This document shows positions 9,645-19,329 of a stretch of DNA of 64,000 nucleotides, one piece after another; the stretch's first letter is position 1; each line of letters starts with the position of its first letter. The notes under the pieces are model-generated. The model was not told where the DNA came from and made no database searches. It saw only the letters and a program-made list of their open reading frames with translations. The position numbers were made by a program, and so were the translations under genes. This DNA is from Minisyncoccota bacterium. GTDB taxonomy: Bacteria > Patescibacteriota > Minisyncoccia > Phycocordibacterales > Phycocordibacteraceae. Where the stretch lies: assembly GCA_022841985.1 (NCBI GenBank), contig JALHQL010000002.1, positions 4,211 to 68,210 on the forward strand. The letters run 5' to 3'.

Positions 9645-9659
9645 CCGCTACGACAGTCG

Positions 9660-10031
9660 TTACTCGTTTGGTAACACTCTTGTGATGATGAGATGCCATG
9701 ACTCAGGGCCGGCTCTTTGCGCCCTAGTTATCGGCCAATACATTTTAGATATCTTGACCTTAGAGCCGATCGAAATTTCTTTATATGTTTCGACCTCAAC
9801 GGAATAGCATAGATCTTTGCTTGTCGATCTGCAGACTATTACGCGCCCTTTTATAGAGCCTTCGACCTTCTCGACCGGTTGAATAGTTATAAGTGTCTCT
9901 ACATCAAGCCAAGGAATCAGATACGGTAGTGGCGGAATTTTAGCTACTTCTTTTTCCTCTTTTGAAAAACCGCAAGCACCTACCAACCCCAGAAAACAAA
10001 ACAGTATGATTGTCTTACCTGAGTTTTTCAT
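9660..10031 (-). CDS. Hypothetical lipoprotein
   Basis: Signal peptide with lipobox LVGA-C; SD GGAAGGAG 6 nt upstream; TTGACA-17-TCTAAT promoter at 10134-10106. Confidence 0.7.
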   Translation of the reverse strand: MKNSGKTIILFCFLGLVGACGFSKEEKEVAKIPPLPYLIPWLDVETLITIQPVEKVEGSIKGRVIVCRSTSKDLCYSVEVETYKEISIGSKVKISKMYWPITRAQRAGPESWHLIITRVLPNE

Positions 10032-10173
10032 CAGATACTCCTTCCTATAAAAGAACTCGCTGAATATCGTATCGTAAGCAATGCCCTGAGAATCTCTCTA
10101 TTTCCATTAGAGCATATGATATATATCGTGTCAATTTCACGCAAAAAACGTACGTACAGGCTATAATTAATCT

Positions 10174-10857
10174 ATGCAACACCAAGCATTCGTCATTGAG
10201 GGTGAAGAAGAACAGGGAATCAAAACGGCCGAAATGTGGGTGCGGCAAGAACTCAAGATGAGCGCGAAAGGAAATCCTGATATTGTTATATTACGCTACG
10301 GACTCTTCTCAGTTGAAGATGCGCGGCGAGTAATCGAGCTTGCCGCAGGAGTATCACTTACAGGGGAGTACCGAGTGCTTATTATTGCCGCAAACCGCGC
10401 ATACCATGAGGCACAAAATGCGCTCTTAAAGATTTTTGAGGAACCGCCTCTCGGAATGTATCTTTTCCTCATATTGCCGACCTTGGGTGGGCTTCTTCCC
10501 ACACTCCGTTCGCGAGTAGGCATACTCAATTCCCATGAAGGATTTGCGAAAACTCTCATTTCTGAGGAAGCAACACAATTTATCAAAGCGAGCCGTGAAA
10601 AACGCAGCGCGATAATTAAAAAGCTCACCAGCGGTAAAGATGAAGAGGGACGACGAGAAAACCGAGACGAAGTAATTCGTATCGTAAACGGTATTGAAGC
10701 CATAGCACATAAGATGTCGCGAGGAAAAGAGGATAGGGCGATCATCGAACTACTTGCAGATATCGCAGTATTACGAAGTCATCTCTATGATCGTAGTGCG
10801 CCGATACGGATGATTCTTGAACATCTCTCGCTCGTCATTCCAAAAAGTTTGATATAA
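10174..10857 (+). CDS. holB: Truncated DNA polymerase III delta-prime-like protein
   Basis: NPDI, EAQNALLKIFEEPP, LPTLRSR; no P-loop or Zn finger. Confidence 0.75.
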   Translation: MQHQAFVIEGEEEQGIKTAEMWVRQELKMSAKGNPDIVILRYGLFSVEDARRVIELAAGVSLTGEYRVLIIAANRAYHEAQNALLKIFEEPPLGMYLFLILPTLGGLLPTLRSRVGILNSHEGFAKTLISEEATQFIKASREKRSAIIKKLTSGKDEEGRRENRDEVIRIVNGIEAIAHKMSRGKEDRAIIELLADIAVLRSHLYDRSAPIRMILEHLSLVIPKSLI

Positions 10858-10867
10858 TATCGTGCAC

Positions 10868-11419
10868 ATGGCATACGATTTTTCAAAACTCAAAACGCAT
10901 ATTAAAGAAACCGAGGAATGGCTCTCGCGTGAGCTCGCAGGAGTTCGTACCGGTCGAGCAACGCCGACCTTGCTCGATACGGTCAAACCCGAGGCCTACG
11001 GCACACGCACACCGCTCCGTGAACTCGCCAACATTTCGGTTGAAGATGCTCGCACTCTACGCATTGTCCCTTGGGACATGACGCTTGTGAAAACTATTGA
11101 AAAGGGCATCGTCGAGGCGAATCTCGGCATCGGGGTCGCAACCGATGATCAGGGATTACGCGTTTCCTTTCCTGAACTCACCAGCGAGCGGCGTGCCCAA
11201 CTTCTGAAGATTGCGGGCGACAAAACCGAGCAGGCAAAAGTAACACTCCGCTCACACCGCACTGACGCACTCCATGCACTTGATGCTGCAACAAAAGAAG
11301 GCGGTATGGGAAAGGATGAAATTATGCGTCTTAAGGGTGAGGCTCAGAAGCTTATTGACGCCGGCAACGATGCGCTTGCGAAGATTCTCGACAAAAAAGA
11401 AAAGGAGATAACACAATAA
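10868..11419 (+). CDS. frr: Ribosome recycling factor
   Basis: VRTGRATP, PWD, FPELTSERR, KEKEI. Confidence 0.95.
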   Translation: MAYDFSKLKTHIKETEEWLSRELAGVRTGRATPTLLDTVKPEAYGTRTPLRELANISVEDARTLRIVPWDMTLVKTIEKGIVEANLGIGVATDDQGLRVSFPELTSERRAQLLKIAGDKTEQAKVTLRSHRTDALHALDAATKEGGMGKDEIMRLKGEAQKLIDAGNDALAKILDKKEKEITQ

Positions 11420-12507
11420 TGAGTATTATAATCTTCCTAGTTGTCATTATTGCACTCATCATAGTGCATGAGTTTGGACATTTCGTCGTGGCAAAGCTCT
11501 CGGGCATGCGTGTGGATGAATTCGGTCTCGGATATCCGCCGCGCGCACTCACTATCGCGACCATCGGTGAGACGACATACACACTTAATTGGCTGCCTTT
11601 CGGCGGTTTTGTGAAAATTTACGGTGAAAATGGAGAGGGTACGGATCCGCGGGCATTCGGTAAGCGTCCGCGTATTTTACAGGCGCTCGTACTTATCGCA
11701 GGCATCACGATGAACCTTCTCCTTGCCTACGTACTTATCACCGGGACACTCATCATGGGGACACCGCGTGCGTTGTCGGAGAGTGAGCTAGTTAATGCTA
11801 AGGATGTGGAGCTTATGGTGGCAAATGTGCTCCCAGGTACGCCCGCATCTCTTGCAGGACTACTCCCTGGCGATTCGATTACACATGCGAAAGTTTCTGG
11901 AACAGAGTGGCAAGCCGCTGATCCTGAAAGTTTTTCGAAATTTATTGCTTCCAGTAATGGCAGCAAGATAACTCTTCATATAAAACGTAACGGGAATGAA
12001 GAAATCATTGACGCAACACCTGCAGTCGGCATTGCGTCAAACGACTCTTCGCGGTTCGCGCTCGGAGTCAGCGTTGCAACTGTTGGCGTCGTACCACTCT
12101 CAATTGGCGATGCAATTATTGAAGGCGCGCAACTCACCTGGAATGCCACTAAACTAACTGCGATTGGACTCAGCAATTTTTTCTACAGTATCCTCACTTT
12201 ATCGGCTGATCTTTCACAAGTCGCGGGCCCTATCGGTATCGCGGGGGTGGTTGGCTCAGCTTCTTCTCAAGGAGTAAGCGACCTTCTTTCTATCATGGCG
12301 ATTATTTCCATAAATTTGGCGCTCATTAATCTTATTCCTATTCCTGCACTTGATGGCGGCCGACTCCTTTTCGTGATTATCGAGAGTGTCATTCGCCACC
12401 CAATCAAAGCAAACATCGCGAATTCACTCAATATGGTCGGCTTTGCCTTCCTCATCCTCCTTATGGTTGTTGTCTCAGCGCACGATATTTTCAAAATTGT
12501 CGGATAG
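11419..12507 (+). CDS. rseP: RIP metalloprotease RseP (M50) with PDZ
   Basis: HEFGH, LPFGGFVK, PDZ, NLIPIPALDGG. Confidence 0.95.
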   Translation: MSIIIFLVVIIALIIVHEFGHFVVAKLSGMRVDEFGLGYPPRALTIATIGETTYTLNWLPFGGFVKIYGENGEGTDPRAFGKRPRILQALVLIAGITMNLLLAYVLITGTLIMGTPRALSESELVNAKDVELMVANVLPGTPASLAGLLPGDSITHAKVSGTEWQAADPESFSKFIASSNGSKITLHIKRNGNEEIIDATPAVGIASNDSSRFALGVSVATVGVVPLSIGDAIIEGAQLTWNATKLTAIGLSNFFYSILTLSADLSQVAGPIGIAGVVGSASSQGVSDLLSIMAIISINLALINLIPIPALDGGRLLFVIIESVIRHPIKANIANSLNMVGFAFLILLMVVVSAHDIFKIVG

Positions 12508-12538
12508 TTTTTATTTTTATTCTATATACTTTATCTTA

Positions 12539-13228
12539 ATGGAAGTTAAAATTAATCCCTCCTGGCGGAAACATCTTGCAAAAGAGTTCGAGCAGCCCTA
12601 CTTTGCGGAGCTTGCAGCTTTTGTAAAAAAAGAATACCTGAATGGGGCGGTATACCCAGCGCCCAAAAATATTTTCCGCGCATTTGATCTGTGCCCATTT
12701 GAAAAAGTAAAAGTCATTATCCTCGGTCAAGACCCGTACCATGGCGAGCGGCAGGCCAACGGCCTCGCCTTTGCAGTCGACAAGAACGTGAAATTTCCCC
12801 CGTCTCTACAAAACATTTTTAAAGAAATCGAGAACGACATCGGATCGGTCGCTGCCCGTGAAAGTCAGGTCTCCATAAAAGAGGATGGGGACCTTTCACG
12901 TTGGGCAAAACAAGGCGTGCTTTTACTGAATGCGACGCTGACTGTTCGAGCGCATGTCGCTGGCTCCCATCAAGAGCGTGGATGGGAATTGTTTACCGAT
13001 GCGGCAATTCGCGCATTGTCTGATGAGCGTGAGCATCTCGTGTTTATGCTCTGGGGCAATTACGCGAAAGCAAAGGGCGCACATATCGATCGCATAAAAC
13101 ATCTGGTACTCGAAGCTCCACATCCTTCACCATTTTCTGCAGCGTCGGGCTTTTTTGGCTGTAAACATTTCAGCAAGGCAAATGAGTACCTTGCGGAACA
13201 GGGCGAAGAACCGATAGACTGGCTCTAA
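12539..13228 (+). CDS. ung: Uracil-DNA glycosylase family 1
   Basis: GQDPYH, PPSLQNI, GVLLLN, HPSP. Confidence 0.96.
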   Translation: MEVKINPSWRKHLAKEFEQPYFAELAAFVKKEYLNGAVYPAPKNIFRAFDLCPFEKVKVIILGQDPYHGERQANGLAFAVDKNVKFPPSLQNIFKEIENDIGSVAARESQVSIKEDGDLSRWAKQGVLLLNATLTVRAHVAGSHQERGWELFTDAAIRALSDEREHLVFMLWGNYAKAKGAHIDRIKHLVLEAPHPSPFSAASGFFGCKHFSKANEYLAEQGEEPIDWL

Positions 13229-13824
13229 TGAATCATACGCCACAGATAAAGAGCGCGATACAATTCGCGGCACGGAAACACCACGGACATATGCGCCAAG
13301 AGGCGAAGCCGTTGCCGTATATTACACACCTCTTCTCGGTCGCACTCCTTGTTGCCGAAGATGGAGCTGGCGATGATGTGGTAACAGCAGCACTCCTGCA
13401 TGACACACTTGAAGATACGGATACCACTCGCGAAGAGATCTCCGAGACTTTCAATGAGCGCGTGGCAGAACTCGTCGAAGCAGTAAGCGAAATAAAAGGA
13501 AAAGACAATGTCACTCTTGAGTGGAAAGAGCGGAAAGTGGCATATCTTGCAAATCTCGAAACTGCCCCAGACGACGCCGTACTTATCGCTATTGCCGACA
13601 AAATAGATAACATTGAGAGCAAAATTGAGGCGTTTGAGAAAGAGGGCGAAACACTTTTGAAACGCTGGAAGCAACCAGCCGAAGCGTATCTCTGGTACCA
13701 CGGAGAGGCGCTCCGCATCGCGCAGAAGCGATTACCGAAACATCGACTCACGATGCGCCTTGCTGAGGCACATAAGAAAGAACAAAAAACTTTTTGTAGA
13801 TTAGAAGACGATTTGGTACAGTAG
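13228..13824 (+). CDS. HD-domain small alarmone hydrolase-like (Mesh1/SpoT HD)
   Basis: PYITHL, LLHDTLEDT, ADKIDN. Confidence 0.8.
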   Translation: MNHTPQIKSAIQFAARKHHGHMRQEAKPLPYITHLFSVALLVAEDGAGDDVVTAALLHDTLEDTDTTREEISETFNERVAELVEAVSEIKGKDNVTLEWKERKVAYLANLETAPDDAVLIAIADKIDNIESKIEAFEKEGETLLKRWKQPAEAYLWYHGEALRIAQKRLPKHRLTMRLAEAHKKEQKTFCRLEDDLVQ

Positions 13825-13830
13825 AGACAT

Positions 13831-15144
13831 ATGTCTCCCTCAAATGGTCCCTCAGTTCCATTTGTTACTGGCGCAACTTTTGTGCGTTCTCTTGAAGGAA
13901 TTCATGAGTATCGTTTAGACGCTAATGGGCTTCAGATACTCCTTGCCCCAGATACAACGACACCAGTCGCAGGGCTCATGGTCACCTACAGAGTCGGCTC
14001 CCGAAATGAGGCTGTCGGGTACACAGGTGCTACGCACCTGCTTGAACACCTCATGTTCAAGGGTTCTGAAAATTTCAATAAGGCAAAAAGAAATACCATC
14101 TGGGAACTCCTTGAAACGAAAGGTGCGCTCGTAAACGCCACGACCTGGAATGACCGCACAAACTACTATGTCGTCGTACCTCAAGAGCATTTAGGATCGG
14201 CCATAGCCCTCGAAGCCGACCGTATGCGTCGCGCACATATCGTCGAAGAAGACCGCCAGTCTGAAATGCCGATTGTTCGTAATGAATTTGAGCGCGGCGA
14301 AAATGACATGACCCAGGCACTGGACAAACAGCTTTGGGCGCTCGCATACACCGCACATCCGTACCATCACCCGACCATAGGCTGGAGAAGTGATATTGAA
14401 AACGTCTCGATCGAACGACTCAAAAAATTCTATGATGATTTTTATCATCCCGACAACGCAACCGTATCGGTAGTAGGAAGCTTTGACACCGAAACGACTC
14501 TTGCGGGGATTATCAAGGAATTCGGTGCGCACGATAAAGCGCCCACAGCTTCTGCAGGCATATACACAAAAGAACCCGAACAGGAGGGGGAACGCCGCGC
14601 AACCATAAAGCGTGCAGGACACTCGAATATGGTTGCTATTGCGCACAAAATTCCTGCAGCAACAGATCCAGATATGCCGGCACTTCTCATGCTCGCATTC
14701 ATCCTTGGGGGAAGTAAGACAAGCCGACTGTACCGAGCACTCATCGATACCGCTCTTGCAACCGACGTCTCTACTACATGCTACCAATTCCGCGACCCAT
14801 CGCTCCTGATCTCGTATATCACCCTTGCACCGCGAATCCGACATGAAGCAATGGAGAAGCGGTTGAAGCAGGAATTCCAGAAAATAATCTTAAAAAGCGT
14901 CACCGCCCAGGAACTTACACAGGCGAAACGCTTCTTGCGTGCCCATGTCGCTTCACGCCGCGACGGACCTTACGCGCTCCTTGAGACGCTCAATGAAGAA
15001 ATTGCGACAGGGGACTGGATGCGCTTTGTCACTCTCCCGCAAGCACTTATGCGCGTGACAGCGAAGGAAGTTCAGAAAGCCGCTAAAAAATATCTGGTCG
15101 ATGATCAGAGCACGGTCGGTTATTTCATAGGATCAAACGCATGA
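13831..15144 (+). CDS. M16 family zinc peptidase, catalytic subunit
   Basis: HLLEH inverted zincin, NATT..DRTNY, HPYHHPTIGW. Confidence 0.92.
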   Translation: MSPSNGPSVPFVTGATFVRSLEGIHEYRLDANGLQILLAPDTTTPVAGLMVTYRVGSRNEAVGYTGATHLLEHLMFKGSENFNKAKRNTIWELLETKGALVNATTWNDRTNYYVVVPQEHLGSAIALEADRMRRAHIVEEDRQSEMPIVRNEFERGENDMTQALDKQLWALAYTAHPYHHPTIGWRSDIENVSIERLKKFYDDFYHPDNATVSVVGSFDTETTLAGIIKEFGAHDKAPTASAGIYTKEPEQEGERRATIKRAGHSNMVAIAHKIPAATDPDMPALLMLAFILGGSKTSRLYRALIDTALATDVSTTCYQFRDPSLLISYITLAPRIRHEAMEKRLKQEFQKIILKSVTAQELTQAKRFLRAHVASRRDGPYALLETLNEEIATGDWMRFVTLPQALMRVTAKEVQKAAKKYLVDDQSTVGYFIGSNA

Positions 15145-16409
15145 AAAATGAATTTCATCCAGCGCAAGAATTTTCGATGTCGGAAGGCGGAAGGCTTTTT
15201 GTTGCTCCGACTCGCATCCACGACATTGTAGTCGTGAAAGGCAGTGTACTTGGTGGTCGCAACATGCTACCTAAAACTCTTGATATTATCCCTGCATTGA
15301 CGGCTGTTCTGCTTGATGCAGGAACTGCAAAGAAAAAAAAGAATGCCCTTCGCGATGCACTCGCAGGAAAGGGCATATCCCTCTCATTTTCCTCCTCAGG
15401 CGATCGCACAGAGTTCTCTGGGCAATGTTTCCCTGAAGACCTCCCGCTATTGCTTTCAACTATTACTGAGTGTCTCGGAGGAGCGATTTTCCCAGAAGCC
15501 GAAGTGAAAAATGCAAAAGCGCTTGCCCTCGGTAATCTCGCTGAAGCAAAATCAAACACACGCACGTTAGCCGGATATGCTCTTTCTGCACTCCTGTATG
15601 ATACTGACCACGTAAATTATGCCCGCCCCATTGAAGCCCAGGAGAAAAGTACAGCGACTGTCCGTCGTGCCCATCTTCAGGATTTCAGGAAAAAGCTCGG
15701 CAAGGGAGGTCTTGTGCTCGCGATAGTTGGCGATACTACCGTTGCCGTTGCTAGAAGCGCGACTGAAAAAGCGTTCGGTAAACTTTCTGTCGGCACTACG
15801 ACAGTACCGGTAAAGCAGTCCAATAAGAAAATACAGAAGGAAAATGAGAGACTGATTCCGATCGCTGACAAAGCAAACATCGACGTACTTCTCGGAGTCG
15901 GCCTTCCGCTCACGATGAAACATCAGCTCTACCACCCGATGCTAGTTCTCGTCGACATGCTCGGAGGAGGCGTCACGTCTCATCTTATGCAGACTATTCG
16001 AGAGCGAGATGGTCTCACTTATGGCGTGTATTCCTCCTTGGGAGGACTCGATGCGGGAGCAGATGGTCATTTGAAAATCTGGGCCACCTTTTCTCCTGAT
16101 GCATACAAAAAATCGGTAGAAAAACTCAGGGACGAGATTACTATCTTCTTCTCGAAGGGCCTGACGGAAGAAGCGCTCATGAAGAGAAAAGAAGAAATGA
16201 CCGGATCATACCTGGTCGCACTCTCCACGACACAGAACCTGGCACACTCTTTGCATGCAATCGGCGCAAATGGCTTCGAGCTCTCCTATCTCACCGAGTA
16301 TCCAAACATTATTCGAGCTGTGTCACTCGCTGATATTAATGCTGCCGCTGACCTGATCCCTTTGAATGCATTCTCGCTCGCAGCGGCCGGAACTTTTAAG
16401 AAAATATGA
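15141..16409 (+). CDS. M16 family peptidase, non-catalytic partner
   Basis: No HxxEH; IRERDGLTYGV R/Y motif; ATGA overlap with partner. Confidence 0.85.
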   Translation: MKNEFHPAQEFSMSEGGRLFVAPTRIHDIVVVKGSVLGGRNMLPKTLDIIPALTAVLLDAGTAKKKKNALRDALAGKGISLSFSSSGDRTEFSGQCFPEDLPLLLSTITECLGGAIFPEAEVKNAKALALGNLAEAKSNTRTLAGYALSALLYDTDHVNYARPIEAQEKSTATVRRAHLQDFRKKLGKGGLVLAIVGDTTVAVARSATEKAFGKLSVGTTTVPVKQSNKKIQKENERLIPIADKANIDVLLGVGLPLTMKHQLYHPMLVLVDMLGGGVTSHLMQTIRERDGLTYGVYSSLGGLDAGADGHLKIWATFSPDAYKKSVEKLRDEITIFFSKGLTEEALMKRKEEMTGSYLVALSTTQNLAHSLHAIGANGFELSYLTEYPNIIRAVSLADINAAADLIPLNAFSLAAAGTFKKI

Positions 16410-18229
16410 CAATCACTGATGTACGGAAACGGTATCTGGATTTCTTCGCCAAACGGGGACATGTAATTATCCCTTCAGCACCCATCCTGCCCGAAAACGA
16501 CCCGACAACACTCTTCACCAGTAGTGGCATGCAGCCTCTCGTGCCGTATCTTCTCGGCCAACCGCATCCGGAAGGTTCGCGTCTCGCCAATTCACAAATG
16601 TCATTCCGTGCGGGAGACATTGAAGAAGTAGGAGACAATCGTCATACCACCTTCTTCGAAATGCTTGGTAATTGGTCTTTGGGAGATTATTTCAAACAAG
16701 AACAGCTTCCATGGATATATGAGTTTTTGACTCAAGAACTGAAACTTCCGAAAAATCGTATCTGGGTCACTTGTTTTGCAGGGGATGATTCATTGGGACT
16801 TCCAAAGGATACGGACTCGGCAGAGATTTGGAAAAAAATAGGCGTGCCGGAGGATCGGATTCTTTTTTATGATGCAAAGAAAAATTGGTGGAGTCGTTCC
16901 GGCACGCCTGACAAAATGCCGACAGGGGAGCCGGGAGGTCCTGACTCCGAAGTATTTTTTGATTTCCAAACTCAGCATGACACGACTTTTGGCGAAACGT
17001 GCCATCCGAATTGTGATTGTGGCCGCTTCCTGGAGATCGGTAACTCAGTCTTTATGGAATATCTCAAAAAATCTGATGGTTCTTTCAGCAAACTCCCAAA
17101 ACGGAATGTGGACTTTGGTGGTGGCCTTGAGCGACTTACTGCCGCCACGCGTGACAATCCAGATGTGTTTCTTATTGATGCATTTGATTCTGCTCGAAAA
17201 GCTATAGAGCAGCGCTCAGGAAAATTATACAACGAAGAAAAAGCCACACGCTCATTCCGTATTATTCTTGATCATAGTCGTGCAGCAACATTCATGCTCG
17301 CCTCAGGGATTCGTCCATCAAACACGGAACAAGGCTATGTGCTCCGTCGTCTCATTCGTCGCTCAATCCTAGAGGTTGATAGATTGGGAATAAAAAGCGC
17401 CATTCTTGCCGAAGTCGCAAAAAATTATACCGAGGTATACAGTAATCAATACCCTTTTATACTTAAAACAAGCGACGTTATTCGTCTTGAGTTAGAAAAA
17501 GAGGAAATGCAATTCAGGAAGACTCTTGCACACGGCTTACGCGAACTTGAAAAGATGGGGAACAATATTGACGTCTTCACTCTCTTTACCACCTACGGGT
17601 TTCCGGTCGAGCTTACCAAAGAAATTGCGATGGAGCGGGGCATCACGCTTGATATAACTGCGCTGACGACGAAGATGGAGGAACATCAGGCGCTTTCGCG
17701 AGCGGGCGCAGTGCAGAAATTTGCGGGTGGACTTGCCGATCATTCGGAGCAGACTGTGCGCTATCACACCACGCATCATATTCTGTTGAAAGCGCTCCAG
17801 ATGGTGCTCGGACCCGAAGTACATCAGCGCGGCAGCAATATCACGAGTGAACGCCTGCGTATCGATTTTTCGTATGGACAGAAAATGACTCCGGAACAGA
17901 AAGCGGACGTAGAAAAGATTGTAAATGAAAAGATTGCTCAGGAATTTCCGGTTACCCGCACAATCATGAGCAAAGAAGAGGCGGAGAAACTCGGCGCCGA
18001 ACACGAATTCGGCGCGAATTATCCCGACCAAGTGAGCGTATATGCCGTTGGACCAAAAGATTCGACTGAAACTAATCCGAAATTTTCCGAAGCGTTCTCT
18101 ATAGAATTCTGCGGTGGCCCGCACGTAAGTAATACGCGAGAGCTTGGCGAAGGAGGAAAACACTTTAAGATTTTGAAAGAAGAAGCCACTGCTGCTGGCA
18201 TTCGTCGTATCAAAGCAGTGCTAGAATGA
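16406..18229 (+). CDS. alaS: Alanyl-tRNA synthetase, short form without C-Ala domain
   Basis: LFTSSGMQ, HTTFFEMLGNWS, DFGGGLER, HTTHH, EFCGGPHV, ends GIRRIKA. Confidence 0.95.
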   Translation: MTITDVRKRYLDFFAKRGHVIIPSAPILPENDPTTLFTSSGMQPLVPYLLGQPHPEGSRLANSQMSFRAGDIEEVGDNRHTTFFEMLGNWSLGDYFKQEQLPWIYEFLTQELKLPKNRIWVTCFAGDDSLGLPKDTDSAEIWKKIGVPEDRILFYDAKKNWWSRSGTPDKMPTGEPGGPDSEVFFDFQTQHDTTFGETCHPNCDCGRFLEIGNSVFMEYLKKSDGSFSKLPKRNVDFGGGLERLTAATRDNPDVFLIDAFDSARKAIEQRSGKLYNEEKATRSFRIILDHSRAATFMLASGIRPSNTEQGYVLRRLIRRSILEVDRLGIKSAILAEVAKNYTEVYSNQYPFILKTSDVIRLELEKEEMQFRKTLAHGLRELEKMGNNIDVFTLFTTYGFPVELTKEIAMERGITLDITALTTKMEEHQALSRAGAVQKFAGGLADHSEQTVRYHTTHHILLKALQMVLGPEVHQRGSNITSERLRIDFSYGQKMTPEQKADVEKIVNEKIAQEFPVTRTIMSKEEAEKLGAEHEFGANYPDQVSVYAVGPKDSTETNPKFSEAFSIEFCGGPHVSNTRELGEGGKHFKILKEEATAAGIRRIKAVLE

Positions 18230-18233
18230 AACA

Positions 18234-19307
18234 ATGAATTTCTTCACCAATTTTTTTCGCGGTACGAGTGCGAAATCATCGGTGTACATCGACATCAGCG
18301 CAGACTCAGTCGCAGGAGCCTATGCCTACTACAAAGAAGGTGAGCTGCCTGTTCTGCTCTACACGCGACGTTACCCGATTGAGATCCGCAAAGACGAGCC
18401 GCATGAACGCGCTATGCTGCGTGCTCTTACAATACTCGGCTCCACGCTTATACGCGAGGGTGCACCAATTCTTATGCGTACCACGGGACGAGGACGTGCT
18501 GATACCATCCTCGTTTCAATTGATGCTCCTTGGCAGGAGACCTCGGTGCGTACCGAGCGTTTTGATCGACAAACCTCTTTTGTTCTTACCAAAAGTATGG
18601 TTATCGCAGCGATAGAAAAAACCAGCATCGTCCCGCCAGGAAAATTTCTTGCGGATGAAAGTATCATTGGCACGATCTTGAACGGATATGAGATGAGAGA
18701 TCCCTACGGGAAAAAGGTACACCGTGCCGAAATTATCATCCTTACGTCATTCATCGATACGCGCGTGGTCGGCGGCATAGCAACTCTAATTAAAAATCTT
18801 TACCACACTGAACATATCCTGATCATCGCGGGCAGCTCGCTGCGCTATCAAGCAATGATGAAAGTATTTCCTCATGAGCGCGATGCGCTTATGCTCGATG
18901 CTGCAGGTTCAATGACCTCTATTGCGCTTGTGCGTAAGGGTTTTTTAGTTGCGGTAGTTGAAGTGCCAAGCAAGTACAGCACCGCTTCGTGGGCGGATCA
19001 TATCGGAAATGAACTCGCCATACTCGCGCAGAAGTACCCCCTACCACGAACGATATTCTTGCTCGCGCGCGAACCCGAGATAGCTTCTCTAGAAGAAAAA
19101 CTTGAAGCTGCGAATCTGAGCAAATTTTGGCTTTCAGACAATCCCCCAAAAATAGTTCCAGTCCTCTCGAGCCACCTCTCGGGATCAGTACGGCAAGCAA
19201 CAACCACTCCTCCAGATCTGCAGCTTCTTCTCATGGCCATTTTTGGAAAGGGTCGATCCTTCGAGGAGCAGCTTACTACACACAGGGCATCGCTACTTGC
19301 TTCATAA
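18234..19307 (+). CDS. Hypothetical protein, degenerate FtsA/PilM-like actin fold
   Basis: YIDISADSVAG and MLDAAGSMTSIALV resemble the two phosphate loops of actin-like ATPases. Confidence 0.5.
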   Translation: MNFFTNFFRGTSAKSSVYIDISADSVAGAYAYYKEGELPVLLYTRRYPIEIRKDEPHERAMLRALTILGSTLIREGAPILMRTTGRGRADTILVSIDAPWQETSVRTERFDRQTSFVLTKSMVIAAIEKTSIVPPGKFLADESIIGTILNGYEMRDPYGKKVHRAEIIILTSFIDTRVVGGIATLIKNLYHTEHILIIAGSSLRYQAMMKVFPHERDALMLDAAGSMTSIALVRKGFLVAVVEVPSKYSTASWADHIGNELAILAQKYPLPRTIFLLAREPEIASLEEKLEAANLSKFWLSDNPPKIVPVLSSHLSGSVRQATTTPPDLQLLLMAIFGKGRSFEEQLTTHRASLLAS

Positions 19308-19329
19308 ATAAACTGATATACTTTTCCCT

